From Verrucomicrobia bacterium GWF2_51_19 (GTDB lineage: Bacteria; Verrucomicrobiota; Verrucomicrobiia; Opitutales; UBA12508), in contig MIDP01000001.1 in the NCBI GenBank assembly GCA_001831095.1, positions 1 to 45,307 on the forward strand: 45,307 bases of DNA, read 5' to 3'. A model generated the notes under the pieces. The model saw only the letters and a list, made by a program, of their open reading frames with translations, did not search any database and was not told the DNA's origin. This document shows positions 18,287 to 27,008 of the stretch, piece after piece. The translations under genes and the position numbers were made by a program. Each line of letters begins with the position of its first letter. The stretch's first letter is position 1.

Positions 18287-18533
18287 AAGGTCATTGCAAA
18301 AGTGTCTCTAGCGGCGTTCTTCCCGCAGGCAAATGGGGCAAAAAGTTCGTTATCCATCGTGATTCGCCTAGGTCACGCATTTCAATGCGCTCCCGTCGGC
18401 TCACACTCGGAAGCCTGTTTCTTGCTACATTTGCCTGCGGGACTGTCGTTCGGGCTAAGTCACGTACCAACGTACGCTCCCGTTGCCCTCGCTCCTCGGG
18501 CCTGGCTATAGGCGCATTTTTCAAAGGCCTTTT
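18287..18533 (-). repeat. composite element A4: family A shell carrying a nested family C element
   Basis: The family A sequence gcggcgttct is interrupted at 18320/18321 and resumes as ctgtcgttcgggctaagtcacgtac at 18443. The outer arms are degenerate. Confidence 0.9.
18321..18442 (-). repeat. family C element, copy C1 (nested in A4)
   Basis: Perfect 15-bp arms tcccgcaggcaaatg / catttgcctgcggga. The minus-strand core is GGAG-cgcat-tgaa-atgcg-TGA. Confidence 0.95.
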
Positions 18534-18572
18534 CCTTTCTCGGAAAAATATACAGCATGGAAGCACAAAAAC

Positions 18573-18691
18573 CTCTGCAAAATGCCGTCAAAGCTTGGCT
18601 GTGCGTGGGCACGATCTGGCATAGCGTACATAGGCGTACGTGAGCCAATATGTGTAGCGCGCGAAACGAGCTTTCACGGTATTTTGCAGAG
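18573..18691 (+). repeat. family B palindromic element, copy B3
   Basis: Arms 18573..18588 / 18676..18691 pair at 15 of 16. Core ATAG-cgtac-ataggc-gtacg-TGA. Ends 4 nt from the histidine kinase stop codon. Confidence 0.95.
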
Positions 18692-18695
18692 ATCT

Positions 18696-21600
18696 TCATA
18701 GCAGGGTTTCTAAGAAGGCAATCACGGCGTCATCGCGAAAGGCTCTGGCGTCGCTCGTTACCTTCTTTATAAAGGGCTTTAATTCTGGTTTGTCTTTGGC
18801 GAGTGCGCAACACTTTTCTTTAACGGCCTCTAGGTCGCCCATTTTGGCCAAGGCCAAGAGGCTTTCTATGATGGGTTTGGCTGGGGGAACGATGGCGCTG
18901 TCGGGCCCTTTTTCATCTGCCGGAACACCGGTTTCTCCATCGTAAATCCAGGTGAGGCTCAAATGTTGTTCGAGAGAACTCAAGAGTATTTCCAGTGTGA
19001 TCGGCTTAGCGACGAAGCCATCGCAGCCTGCCTGAAACATCTTTTGCCTCTCGTTCTCCAAGACGCTGGCCGAAACAGCAATAATCGGTGTTTTTTGGAA
19101 AGCGATGTGCTTGCGCAACTGTTGGGTCATTTCACAGCCGTCCATTTGAGGCATAATCCAGTCGAGCAAAATAATATCTGGCTTGAATTGTAGTGCCTTT
19201 TCGATACCCTCAATGCCGTTGTAGGCCTTTTCGAGCTCAAAGCCGAGAGGCGCCAGCATGCCGACAATGACATCGACATTGGTGGTGTTGTCATCGACGA
19301 CGAGGATCTTCTTGCGGTCGCCCTGATAGCCGCGGCAGGCCTGTCGGTACTCTTGTTCTTCGATGCGCTGGTGGACGTTTAAGAAGACTTCAGGCAATTC
19401 GATGTCGAACCAGAACTGCGAACCCTGGCCAACGCGACTCCAGAGGTTGAGTTCACCGCCCATCATGTGAACGAGCTTGCGACTGATCGACAGCCCTAAT
19501 CCCGTGCCCTCTGCCTTGTACGTTTGGGAGGCGACTTGATGAAAAGAGTCAAAGATTTTCTTTTGTTCGGCCTCGGGAATGCCTATGCCGGTGTCTTCGA
19601 CCAAAAAGCGGTAACGCTTGGGCGAGCCTTTGGGGTAGCCGAGTGCCGGGCCGATTTTCAACTTCACGTGGCCCTTGTCGGTGAACTTGACGGCGTTGCC
19701 GATGAGGTTGATGAGGATTTGGCGCAGGCGTTGTTCATCTGAAAGGACGACTTGTGGCACCGGGCATTCGAGCGTTGCCGTCTCTGCGACGAAATCGAAG
19801 TACTCGACGGCGAAATCGATGCCCTTTTCTTGGGCGCGCAGAATGACAATTTCCCTGATCGTTGTGATGAACTCGGGGAAATGAAAGCCGTTATTTTGCA
19901 GACTCATCTTGCCGGCTTCGATTTTGGAGAGGTCGAGAATGTCGTTGATGAGCGTTAAGAGGTGTTCGCCGCTGCGTCGAATGGTGTCCACGCTCTTCAA
20001 TTGATCGCCGGTAAGCGTTGTGTGGGTCTTGAGGATCTGTGCGTAGCCCAAAATTCCGTTGAGGGGCGTCCGGATCTCGTGGCTCATGTTGGCCAAAAAC
20101 TTGCTTTTAGCGATGTTGGCCCGCTCGGCGACAATAGCCATCTCCTGGGAACGATCGATGGCGCGCTTCAGTTCCAGCTCGGTGCGCTTTTGCTCGGAAA
20201 TGTCTTCGGCGATACACAACAAATAATCGGGGTTGCCCTGGTTGTCGAGAATCGGCAGTTTGACGACATGTAAGGTCCTCGGCTCGCCGGAATGCTTGTT
20301 TATGACGCATTCTGGCAGCACCTGCTTGATCTTTTGTTGAAAACACGTGATTTCTTTGTCGGTAAACAATTGTTTGAGGGCGTTGTCCTTGTCGGCATCG
20401 ACCAAGGTTTCGGGATCCCGCCCCATGACGTCGATGGCGCGTATCCCAAAAAAGCTCTCGCACATGCGGTTCCATAAAATGACCTCGCCAAAGCGGTTCT
20501 GTTGGACATGTTTGACAAACAGTGCGACGGGCAAAAAGTCGATCATCGTCTGCAAAAATGCCCGGTTTTCTTCGAGCTCTTTTTTCGCCTGCTTCTTCTC
20601 CGTGATGTCCCTTAAAATACTCAAGAAGTAGCGTTCCTTGTTGATCGCCAGGCACGAGAGCGACATTTCCGAATGGAACGGTTTGCCGCCTTTGCGCAAC
20701 AGAACAAATTCGTCGACGCGGCCCAGGGCAAAGTCTTTATCGGCGTCTTCAAAATGCTGGAATTCGTCTTGATAACGCTCCTGTTGTTCCGGTGGCACGA
20801 GTTTTGTAAAAAAATTCTCGCCCAAAACATCAACCGCGTCATACCAAAAAATGTTTTCAGCCGCCTCGTTCCAAAAGACGATTTTGCCAGTGCTGTCCAT
20901 CATGATAATGGCGTCTTGGGCGCAGGACGTGATTTTGTGAAACGTTTCCTCGCGCGCCCGCAGCGACTCTTCGGTCTCTTTGAGCTTTCGCATGATCGAG
21001 ACAAAGACGTAGATGACGGTGCACAAAATGACGGCAAACATCGTGGCGATCGACACAATGGTTTTCTTGATGGGAGCGATCAGTTGACTCTGATTGATCG
21101 AATAAATATATGGGATCGTCTTCCCGTTGATGCGCAGTGGGTAGAAAGTGGACATCACGTCATCGGCAAAAAAACCTTTGTCGAGGGGCCCTATGCGGTT
21201 GCCCTCGAGCCCCTCTTGTGTCTCGCGCGTGATGGCGTCCAGAAGCCGCTTATCGGGCGCAAAAGGATCATGCGTAAGCGGAGCGTGTAAGAAAATCGGT
21301 CCTTCTTGTTGGATCGTCCAGGTCCAAATCAACGCTCTGCCCAACGATGGAGGCGTCGTGATGGCCGCCAAGAAACGCGCGATATTGATCTCGAGGTAGA
21401 TTGTGTAACTGAGGCCCTTTGACGTCACTTTTTCGACAACATAATCGCGTTCTGGGCGCATGTCATTGACGTCAGTTTTGCCCATCACCACGAAATAGTT
21501 GTGAGCGTCCAAATAAATGTAGCGGTACTCTTCGCGCTCGTTGACAATGATAATGCGCTCCAAGAGGGCCTTGTTTTTGAGGAAAAACTGTTTCAGCCGA

Positions 21601-21902
21601 ATTGCGTTGTCTCGATTTTGAAGCAGGTCGTCCTCAAAGACGGAGCTGAACACACCCATTTTGCAAAAGGATCGCGTGGTTTCAACGACCTCGGCAAACG
21701 CAATTTCGATTTCTTGTGCCGAAAACCGTATGTGTTTTTCCAGACTCTCGCGAGCAACGGCCTTTTCGCTGTCGATATTGTGGTTCAAGACGTACCCGCC
21801 GATCGACACACACAAAAAAATAACGACGAGACTCGCCACAGCAAACGTCGGAAAGCGCTTGAAGAGACCGTAGGGGGTCCATTGTGTCTCAATGTGTTGC
21901 AT
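18696..21902 (-). CDS. hybrid sensor histidine kinase (periplasmic domain, PAS repeats, HisKA, HATPase, REC)
   Basis: Start at ATG 21902 (MQHIETQ), 1 nt from the stop of the upstream gene. Two TM segments, PAS-like segments, H-box SHEIRTPLNGI, DTGIGI, GTGLGLSISRKL, and receiver ILVVDDNTTN..LLDWIMPQMDG. Confidence 0.9.
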   Translation of the reverse strand: MQHIETQWTPYGLFKRFPTFAVASLVVIFLCVSIGGYVLNHNIDSEKAVARESLEKHIRFSAQEIEIAFAEVVETTRSFCKMGVFSSVFEDDLLQNRDNAIRLKQFFLKNKALLERIIIVNEREEYRYIYLDAHNYFVVMGKTDVNDMRPERDYVVEKVTSKGLSYTIYLEINIARFLAAITTPPSLGRALIWTWTIQQEGPIFLHAPLTHDPFAPDKRLLDAITRETQEGLEGNRIGPLDKGFFADDVMSTFYPLRINGKTIPYIYSINQSQLIAPIKKTIVSIATMFAVILCTVIYVFVSIMRKLKETEESLRAREETFHKITSCAQDAIIMMDSTGKIVFWNEAAENIFWYDAVDVLGENFFTKLVPPEQQERYQDEFQHFEDADKDFALGRVDEFVLLRKGGKPFHSEMSLSCLAINKERYFLSILRDITEKKQAKKELEENRAFLQTMIDFLPVALFVKHVQQNRFGEVILWNRMCESFFGIRAIDVMGRDPETLVDADKDNALKQLFTDKEITCFQQKIKQVLPECVINKHSGEPRTLHVVKLPILDNQGNPDYLLCIAEDISEQKRTELELKRAIDRSQEMAIVAERANIAKSKFLANMSHEIRTPLNGILGYAQILKTHTTLTGDQLKSVDTIRRSGEHLLTLINDILDLSKIEAGKMSLQNNGFHFPEFITTIREIVILRAQEKGIDFAVEYFDFVAETATLECPVPQVVLSDEQRLRQILINLIGNAVKFTDKGHVKLKIGPALGYPKGSPKRYRFLVEDTGIGIPEAEQKKIFDSFHQVASQTYKAEGTGLGLSISRKLVHMMGGELNLWSRVGQGSQFWFDIELPEVFLNVHQRIEEQEYRQACRGYQGDRKKILVVDDNTTNVDVIVGMLAPLGFELEKAYNGIEGIEKALQFKPDIILLDWIMPQMDGCEMTQQLRKHIAFQKTPIIAVSASVLENERQKMFQAGCDGFVAKPITLEILLSSLEQHLSLTWIYDGETGVPADEKGPDSAIVPPAKPIIESLLALAKMGDLEAVKEKCCALAKDKPELKPFIKKVTSDARAFRDDAVIAFLETLL

Positions 21903-21903
21903 A

Positions 21904-22953
21904 CTATTCAGATAAGTTGACGAGCATAAACCACTTGATTTCGGGGATAGACACTTTGTAGAAATCAAAAGTGTCGTGGCCGATCTTGATGGCGCACTCA
22001 TTCGTTGTTGAAAAAAGACGGAAGAGCTTGCGCACTGCCCGCGATGGGCTCATGAAGAGATTTTTAGAAGTGTTGAAGGCTTGAGGGGTGGTGGCATAAC
22101 CGATGTCGCTTGCAGGAGGTTTTGGGTAGAGATCGAGTAAGGGCTCCAAGCGCTTGTGGATACTGATAAAGGCACCTTCGTCTGTCGTGATGAGAAAAGG
22201 GACGTCTTTGAGCTCCCGGTCGAGGGCCGCCTGGAGGTCGTGGACACATACGTCGATGCCCACAACGCCCTCCAGTTCTGAATCGATGTAAACGGGCGCA
22301 AGGACACTGATAACAATACCGCGGCCGGCGGGGTCGACGTAGGGCTCGTTCATCCAAATGGCGCTTTTTTGAGGGTTGTGGCGATCGTCAGCCAAATAAT
22401 AGAACGGGAAATCGGTGATCTTGAGTTGTGGATCGAACTGCAGCGTGACGTCGAAAAATGGGAAAATGCGCGTTAGGCAGTGTTTTTCATTGTAGTAGAC
22501 CTGAAGGACGCCGTCCACCTCGCCACACACTTTTTTAAATGGCTCATTGAGCGCTTCTGTCAAGTAGGCGACTTCGCGGATGTCTTCTGTCAGCGGGAAG
22601 ATGGTTGACACAAAAAGGGCGGAGCCACCGTCCGGCAGTCGTTTGAGAAAAACACCAGTAGAGTCTTGGGAAAAAGCAGCCTTGTCGATTGTCTGTAAAC
22701 TGCGCTGTTTTTGCGCGTAAACTTCGGTAACCTTGAGAGCGAGCCATTCTGCGGCTTCACGTATGCGCATCAGCTTTTTGTCGATTTGCTTGGCGACGGC
22801 CTCAACCAGCCGCTTCTTTTTGGCCATTTCCGACGATTTCCGGCTTGCGTCATGCCACGCGAAACCAGAGTATACTCCTGCGCACACAATGAGTGTCAGT
22901 ACTCCCCACTTGAAACAGGGACAACGACGATAAAGAGAACGCAGCTCTTCCAT
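21904..22953 (-). CDS. membrane-anchored periplasmic Cache-like sensor domain protein
   Basis: N-terminal TM (VLTLIVCAGVYSGFAW), then a Cache-type pattern (PYVDPAGRGIVISVLAPVYIDSELEGVVGIDVCVHDL). Start set to ATG 22953, preceded by AGGTGAT. ATG 23001 would sit 7 bp from the divergent truA start. Confidence 0.65.
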   Translation of the reverse strand: MEELRSLYRRCPCFKWGVLTLIVCAGVYSGFAWHDASRKSSEMAKKKRLVEAVAKQIDKKLMRIREAAEWLALKVTEVYAQKQRSLQTIDKAAFSQDSTGVFLKRLPDGGSALFVSTIFPLTEDIREVAYLTEALNEPFKKVCGEVDGVLQVYYNEKHCLTRIFPFFDVTLQFDPQLKITDFPFYYLADDRHNPQKSAIWMNEPYVDPAGRGIVISVLAPVYIDSELEGVVGIDVCVHDLQAALDRELKDVPFLITTDEGAFISIHKRLEPLLDLYPKPPASDIGYATTPQAFNTSKNLFMSPSRAVRKLFRLFSTTNECAIKIGHDTFDFYKVSIPEIKWFMLVNLSE

Positions 22954-23008
22954 ATCACCTAGTATAAGGTATTTTTCACACACAACACAACAGTGAAACA
23001 TCGGAATT

Positions 23009-23752
23009 ATGACAAGATTTAAAGCACTATGTAGTTATGACGGCACGGATTACTGTGGTTGGCAGAGTCAGGTGAGCGGGGAGGGCATGCAGGACTACTT
23101 GGAGCGGCGATTGGCGGTGATTTTGGGTCAACCGGTGAGAATACACGGAAGTGGTCGGACTGATGCGGGTGTCCATGCTGAGGGGCAGGTTTTCCATTTT
23201 GACGGCGAATGGGCGTACGGGCCGGAAACACTATTGAGGGCCTTGCGGGTGGGTTTCCCAAAAACCTTGCAAGTGATATCAGTTGAGGAAGTGGGCGAGG
23301 ATTTCCACGCGCGATACTCGGTGACGGGAAAATGTTACCGCTACAACTTGTTTTTGGGGCAGGCGAGTCCCTTTGAGGTGCGCTATTGGTGGTCGCTAGG
23401 GAAGTGCCGTCTCGACGTTGGGGCAATGCAGACGGCTGCGCAATCGCTGTTGGGGACGCACGATTTCTCCGCCTTTGGTGCGAGTCGAGGAAAGGGCGCC
23501 GAGCCCGACAACCCCGTCAAAGACCTCCGCCGTCTCGACGTCGTCCAAGTGGGGCCGCGCCTTACTATCACGACCGAGGCCAGCGGGTATCTGTACAAGA
23601 TGGTGCGCGGGCTAGTTGGGACGCTCGTGGAGGTCGGCCGCGGCAAGCTTTCTCCAGAAGCGGTCCATGCGATCCTACTCTCCAGGCAACGCTCACCCCT
23701 CACTCCATCCGCCCCAGCTCACGGATTGACGCTGGTGAAGGTGGATTACTAA
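23009..23752 (+). CDS. truA: tRNA pseudouridine(38-40) synthase TruA
   Basis: 247 aa. GSGRTDAGVHA catalytic Asp motif and overall TruA layout. Confidence 0.9.
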   Translation: MTRFKALCSYDGTDYCGWQSQVSGEGMQDYLERRLAVILGQPVRIHGSGRTDAGVHAEGQVFHFDGEWAYGPETLLRALRVGFPKTLQVISVEEVGEDFHARYSVTGKCYRYNLFLGQASPFEVRYWWSLGKCRLDVGAMQTAAQSLLGTHDFSAFGASRGKGAEPDNPVKDLRRLDVVQVGPRLTITTEASGYLYKMVRGLVGTLVEVGRGKLSPEAVHAILLSRQRSPLTPSAPAHGLTLVKVDY

Positions 23753-23819
23753 AGGAATACCAACGACATAAGACCGTTTATTATCGACCTTATGTTGTTT
23801 GTATTCATTTAGTTAGATC

Positions 23820-23948
23820 AAAGACCGACACAAAACACCGTCAAAGCTTGGCTTTGCGCGAGCACGATCTGCCGTAGCGTACATAGAAGTACGTGAGGCA
23901 GTCGGCGGAGCGCGAAACGAGCTTTCACGGTGTTTTGTGTCGGTCTTT
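23820..23948 (+). repeat. family B palindromic element, copy B4
   Basis: Perfect 22-bp arms aaagaccgacacaaaacaccgt / acggtgttttgtgtcggtcttt. Core GTAG-cgtac-atagaa-gtacg-TGA. A T-run follows the right arm. Confidence 0.95.
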
Positions 23949-23989
23949 TTTGCTTGCAGTTTTTGCAATAATAGTGAGGGTAGTAAGCC

Positions 23990-26900
23990 ATGAAAACGAA
24001 AGAGCGTTGGCTGAAATTGATGGAGGCAATGCTGTTGTCGCGGCTTGGTGACCAGCGTGAGCAGAATTTGATACGGCAGGGGAAGGGCCTTTTTCACGTG
24101 TCGGGCATGGGGCATGAGGCCATTGCGGGCGTCGCGATGCAGCTGAACGAGGAAGATTTTTGCTTTCCATATTACCGGGATCGGGCGTTTGCGTTGGCGC
24201 GTGGCATCTCGAATTACGACCTGGCCCTGGCTTACTTTGCCCAACGGGAGTCGTCTAGCGGGGGTCGACAGCTGCCGGCGCACTACAGTGACCGCGAGAA
24301 GAATGTCTGGTCGCACCTTTCGCCTGTGGCGGCTCACTTGCTGCCTGCGTGCGGAGCGGCTCTCGGAATGAAGCTGGACGGCAAGAAGGGCGTTGTCGTA
24401 GCCTCTGTGGGAGACGGCTCGACGCGTCAGGGTGACTTTTTCGAGAGCCTCTGCTTTGCCAAAGAACAATGCTTGCCGGTCCTTTTTATCGTCGAGGACA
24501 ATGAGATCGCGATCAGCACAGACACTCGCAAAACGTCGCCCTTGAGCTTGGGGATGCTTTCAGAGGAATGGGAAGTGGTCGATGGAAGTGACGCAAGCGC
24601 TCTATATGCGACAGCCGAGTCGATGATTAAAAAGATTCGGCATGGAGAAGGGCCGCAGTTCTTGTGGTGTAAGATTTCACGCCTCGGCAGCCATTCCAGC
24701 GCAGACGATCACCGTATTTACCGTACAGAGGCCGAAATTGACAATCTGTTGTCTCGGGATCCAGTGAGGTTGCTGAAAGAAAAGTTGCAGCGCGACGGCT
24801 TGCTAACGGAAGAGCATTACCGAGAGATGGAAGAGCGGCTTCGAGAGCAGGTTCGGGCCGACTATGATAGGGCGATGCAAGCAGAGAGGCCGAAAGAAGA
24901 GGACATGTTTAGCGAACTCTTTGGTAAGCTCAATAAGAAGGCCACGACGCCTATCCTCGAGCCCGGCAAGAGTTACCGAATGGCGGATGCGATTCAGTTG
25001 ACCTTTGAGCGCACGCTTAAGAGCAACAAGGTTGTCGTGTTCATGGGGGAAGACGTCGCAGACCCGCTTGGAGGCGTGTTCCGCCTGACAAAGGGCCTGT
25101 CGAGTCAGTTTCCGGGGCGAGTTATCAATGCCCCATTGGCGGAGTCGACGATTGTGGGTGTTGCCTGCGGTCTGGCGGCTTACGGCAAGCGTCCTGTTTT
25201 CGAAATACAGTTTATCGATTTCATTTTTCCGGCCTGGAATCAGCTCGTCCAGAACATGGCAACCCTGCGTTGGCGCTCGTTCGGCGCATGGAAATGCCCG
25301 GCCATCATCTACGCGACCTATGGCGGCTATTTGCCCGGCGGAGCTCTCTGGCACAGTCAGGCACAGGAGTCGGCTATCGCGCACTTCCCTGGGCTTCAGT
25401 TGGCCATCCCGAGCACGCCCGAGGACGCTACGGGTGTCTTTCAGGCGGCCCTGTCGTCGGAAGACCCAACGGTTATCCTGATTCCCAAACACCTCCTCTG
25501 GGCGCACCGCACGACACCGACATCGCTGGAGTCTGTTGAGCTCGGAAAGGCTCGCATTCGGCAGTCCGGAGACGCGGTAACGGTCGTTGCTTGGGGTAAC
25601 ACGACAGAGGTGGTTGAGCAGGCCCTGAATCTTTATTCAGAGAGGAACGGCGTTGAGTTCATTGATCTGCGTTCGATTGTTCCATGGGATCGCGAGACGT
25701 TGAAACAATCCGTTCGCAAGACGGGCAGGCTGGTCGTTGTCCAGGAGGATTCGGAGAGTTGTAGCGTCGGCCAGGCGCTGATTGCAACGCTCTTGCAGGA
25801 TGTCGACACTTGGAATGCCTTTAAAACGCCTCCAGTGCTCGTTTCAAAGGGAGATGTCCATATTGGCTACTCGTCGATCTATGAATATGGCTGCTTGCCG
25901 AGCGCTGATCGCGTTTTGAGAGCACTAAACCAAGTGTTAAATACGCAGGCACAGGCGACACCCGCATCGATTCGCGTAACGACGCCAAGCAGTGTCAGTG
26001 AGCCCGCTATAGAAGAGGTTCCGGAGACTCTGGCGACGACGCTGCGTTCGATCACCATTCCGCACCTGGGCGAAGGTCTCATGGAGGCGCGTGTCGTGCA
26101 AGTCCTGAAAAAACCAGGAGACGCGGTGGCCGTCAACGACGTTCTGTGTGAAATTGAGACCGACAAGGCTGTGTTCCCCGTAGAGTCGCCTTACGAGGGC
26201 ACTTTGGAGCACTTTTCAGTGGCCGTCAACACGATGGTCGCCATCGGTCAATCGATCGCCGAAATACGAGTGAAGGATCGCATGGAGTCCGGTAATTTCC
26301 TAGAGAGCCTCGAGCACGCCAAGGAAGCCTACCTCTCGGACGAGGCCAAGAGCACGGCCCTCTCCCAGGAGATCATTAATTTACTGCAAGGAGTGTTGCC
26401 GGCGTCGCTTAGCATGCATGCCAAGTGGGACGCCATTCGAGAGAGCCGTAAGGGCCCGAATCGGCGCATCACGACGACCGCCATGGTTGCTTGGTGCGTT
26501 ACGCAGGCCATGAAAAAGCATCCGTCGTTCTGCAGACTGCTCCAAAACGGCAAGATCTCACAGCCGCAGGACTGCTTTGACCTCGGCATCGCGGTTGCGC
26601 TCGAGGGCGATGTCCTGGACACAGCTGTCATTGAAAACGCAAGTCAGCTCGATTGGGACACGTTTATCAAGGCTTATCGTATGGCGATCGACGCGCTACA
26701 TTCAGATGAAAAGATCTCCAAGGCGCGGGCTCCTCTCGTTCTCAGCAGTATGGGCTCGTTTGGCATGCGCTCCGGTATGCCCATTGTAGTGCCACCGGCG
26801 ATGAGCGTGTTGTTTGTCGGCAGTCCTTTCTACGAGCTGATTCACTCAAGTGATGGCCCGATACCTCAGGAGCAAGTGGAGCTCTCATTGACCATCGACC

Positions 26901-27004
26901 ACCGTTGGGTCAACGGAGCTGGTGCCGCTCGCTTCCTCAATTCCATTCGCGACAAAATCGAGTCATTCCAGCTGAACCAGTCGCCCGTCAATCAACTCTC
27001 TTGA
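23990..27004 (+). CDS. fused 2-oxoacid dehydrogenase: E1 alpha + E1 beta + lipoyl domain + E2 acyltransferase core in one 1004-aa polypeptide
   Basis: aa 1-300: E1alpha with TPP motif GDGSTRQGDFFE..FIVEDNEIA. aa 325-650: E1beta (transketolase pyrimidine and C-terminal domains). aa 686-762: lipoyl domain with EIETDKA. aa 790-995: E2 core with DHRWVNGAGAARFL. Confidence 0.85.
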   Translation: MKTKERWLKLMEAMLLSRLGDQREQNLIRQGKGLFHVSGMGHEAIAGVAMQLNEEDFCFPYYRDRAFALARGISNYDLALAYFAQRESSSGGRQLPAHYSDREKNVWSHLSPVAAHLLPACGAALGMKLDGKKGVVVASVGDGSTRQGDFFESLCFAKEQCLPVLFIVEDNEIAISTDTRKTSPLSLGMLSEEWEVVDGSDASALYATAESMIKKIRHGEGPQFLWCKISRLGSHSSADDHRIYRTEAEIDNLLSRDPVRLLKEKLQRDGLLTEEHYREMEERLREQVRADYDRAMQAERPKEEDMFSELFGKLNKKATTPILEPGKSYRMADAIQLTFERTLKSNKVVVFMGEDVADPLGGVFRLTKGLSSQFPGRVINAPLAESTIVGVACGLAAYGKRPVFEIQFIDFIFPAWNQLVQNMATLRWRSFGAWKCPAIIYATYGGYLPGGALWHSQAQESAIAHFPGLQLAIPSTPEDATGVFQAALSSEDPTVILIPKHLLWAHRTTPTSLESVELGKARIRQSGDAVTVVAWGNTTEVVEQALNLYSERNGVEFIDLRSIVPWDRETLKQSVRKTGRLVVVQEDSESCSVGQALIATLLQDVDTWNAFKTPPVLVSKGDVHIGYSSIYEYGCLPSADRVLRALNQVLNTQAQATPASIRVTTPSSVSEPAIEEVPETLATTLRSITIPHLGEGLMEARVVQVLKKPGDAVAVNDVLCEIETDKAVFPVESPYEGTLEHFSVAVNTMVAIGQSIAEIRVKDRMESGNFLESLEHAKEAYLSDEAKSTALSQEIINLLQGVLPASLSMHAKWDAIRESRKGPNRRITTTAMVAWCVTQAMKKHPSFCRLLQNGKISQPQDCFDLGIAVALEGDVLDTAVIENASQLDWDTFIKAYRMAIDALHSDEKISKARAPLVLSSMGSFGMRSGMPIVVPPAMSVLFVGSPFYELIHSSDGPIPQEQVELSLTIDHRWVNGAGAARFLNSIRDKIESFQLNQSPVNQLS

Positions 27005-27008
27005 ACGC

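Noticed and set aside
18291-18566. Small ORFs translating the repeats into similar peptides (DLARTT..., GPRSEG...). The others are 14866..15057, 34132..34320 and 35520..35720.
   Set aside because: The similarity only reflects the shared DNA. The frames are broken differently in each copy because loop lengths are not multiples of 3. One of these ORFs runs across tRNA-Leu, and none has start-site context.
23813-24469. 218-aa minus-strand ORF
   Set aside because: It is Arg/Leu-rich and antisense to the well-supported E1-E2 fusion gene. It begins in repeat B4.
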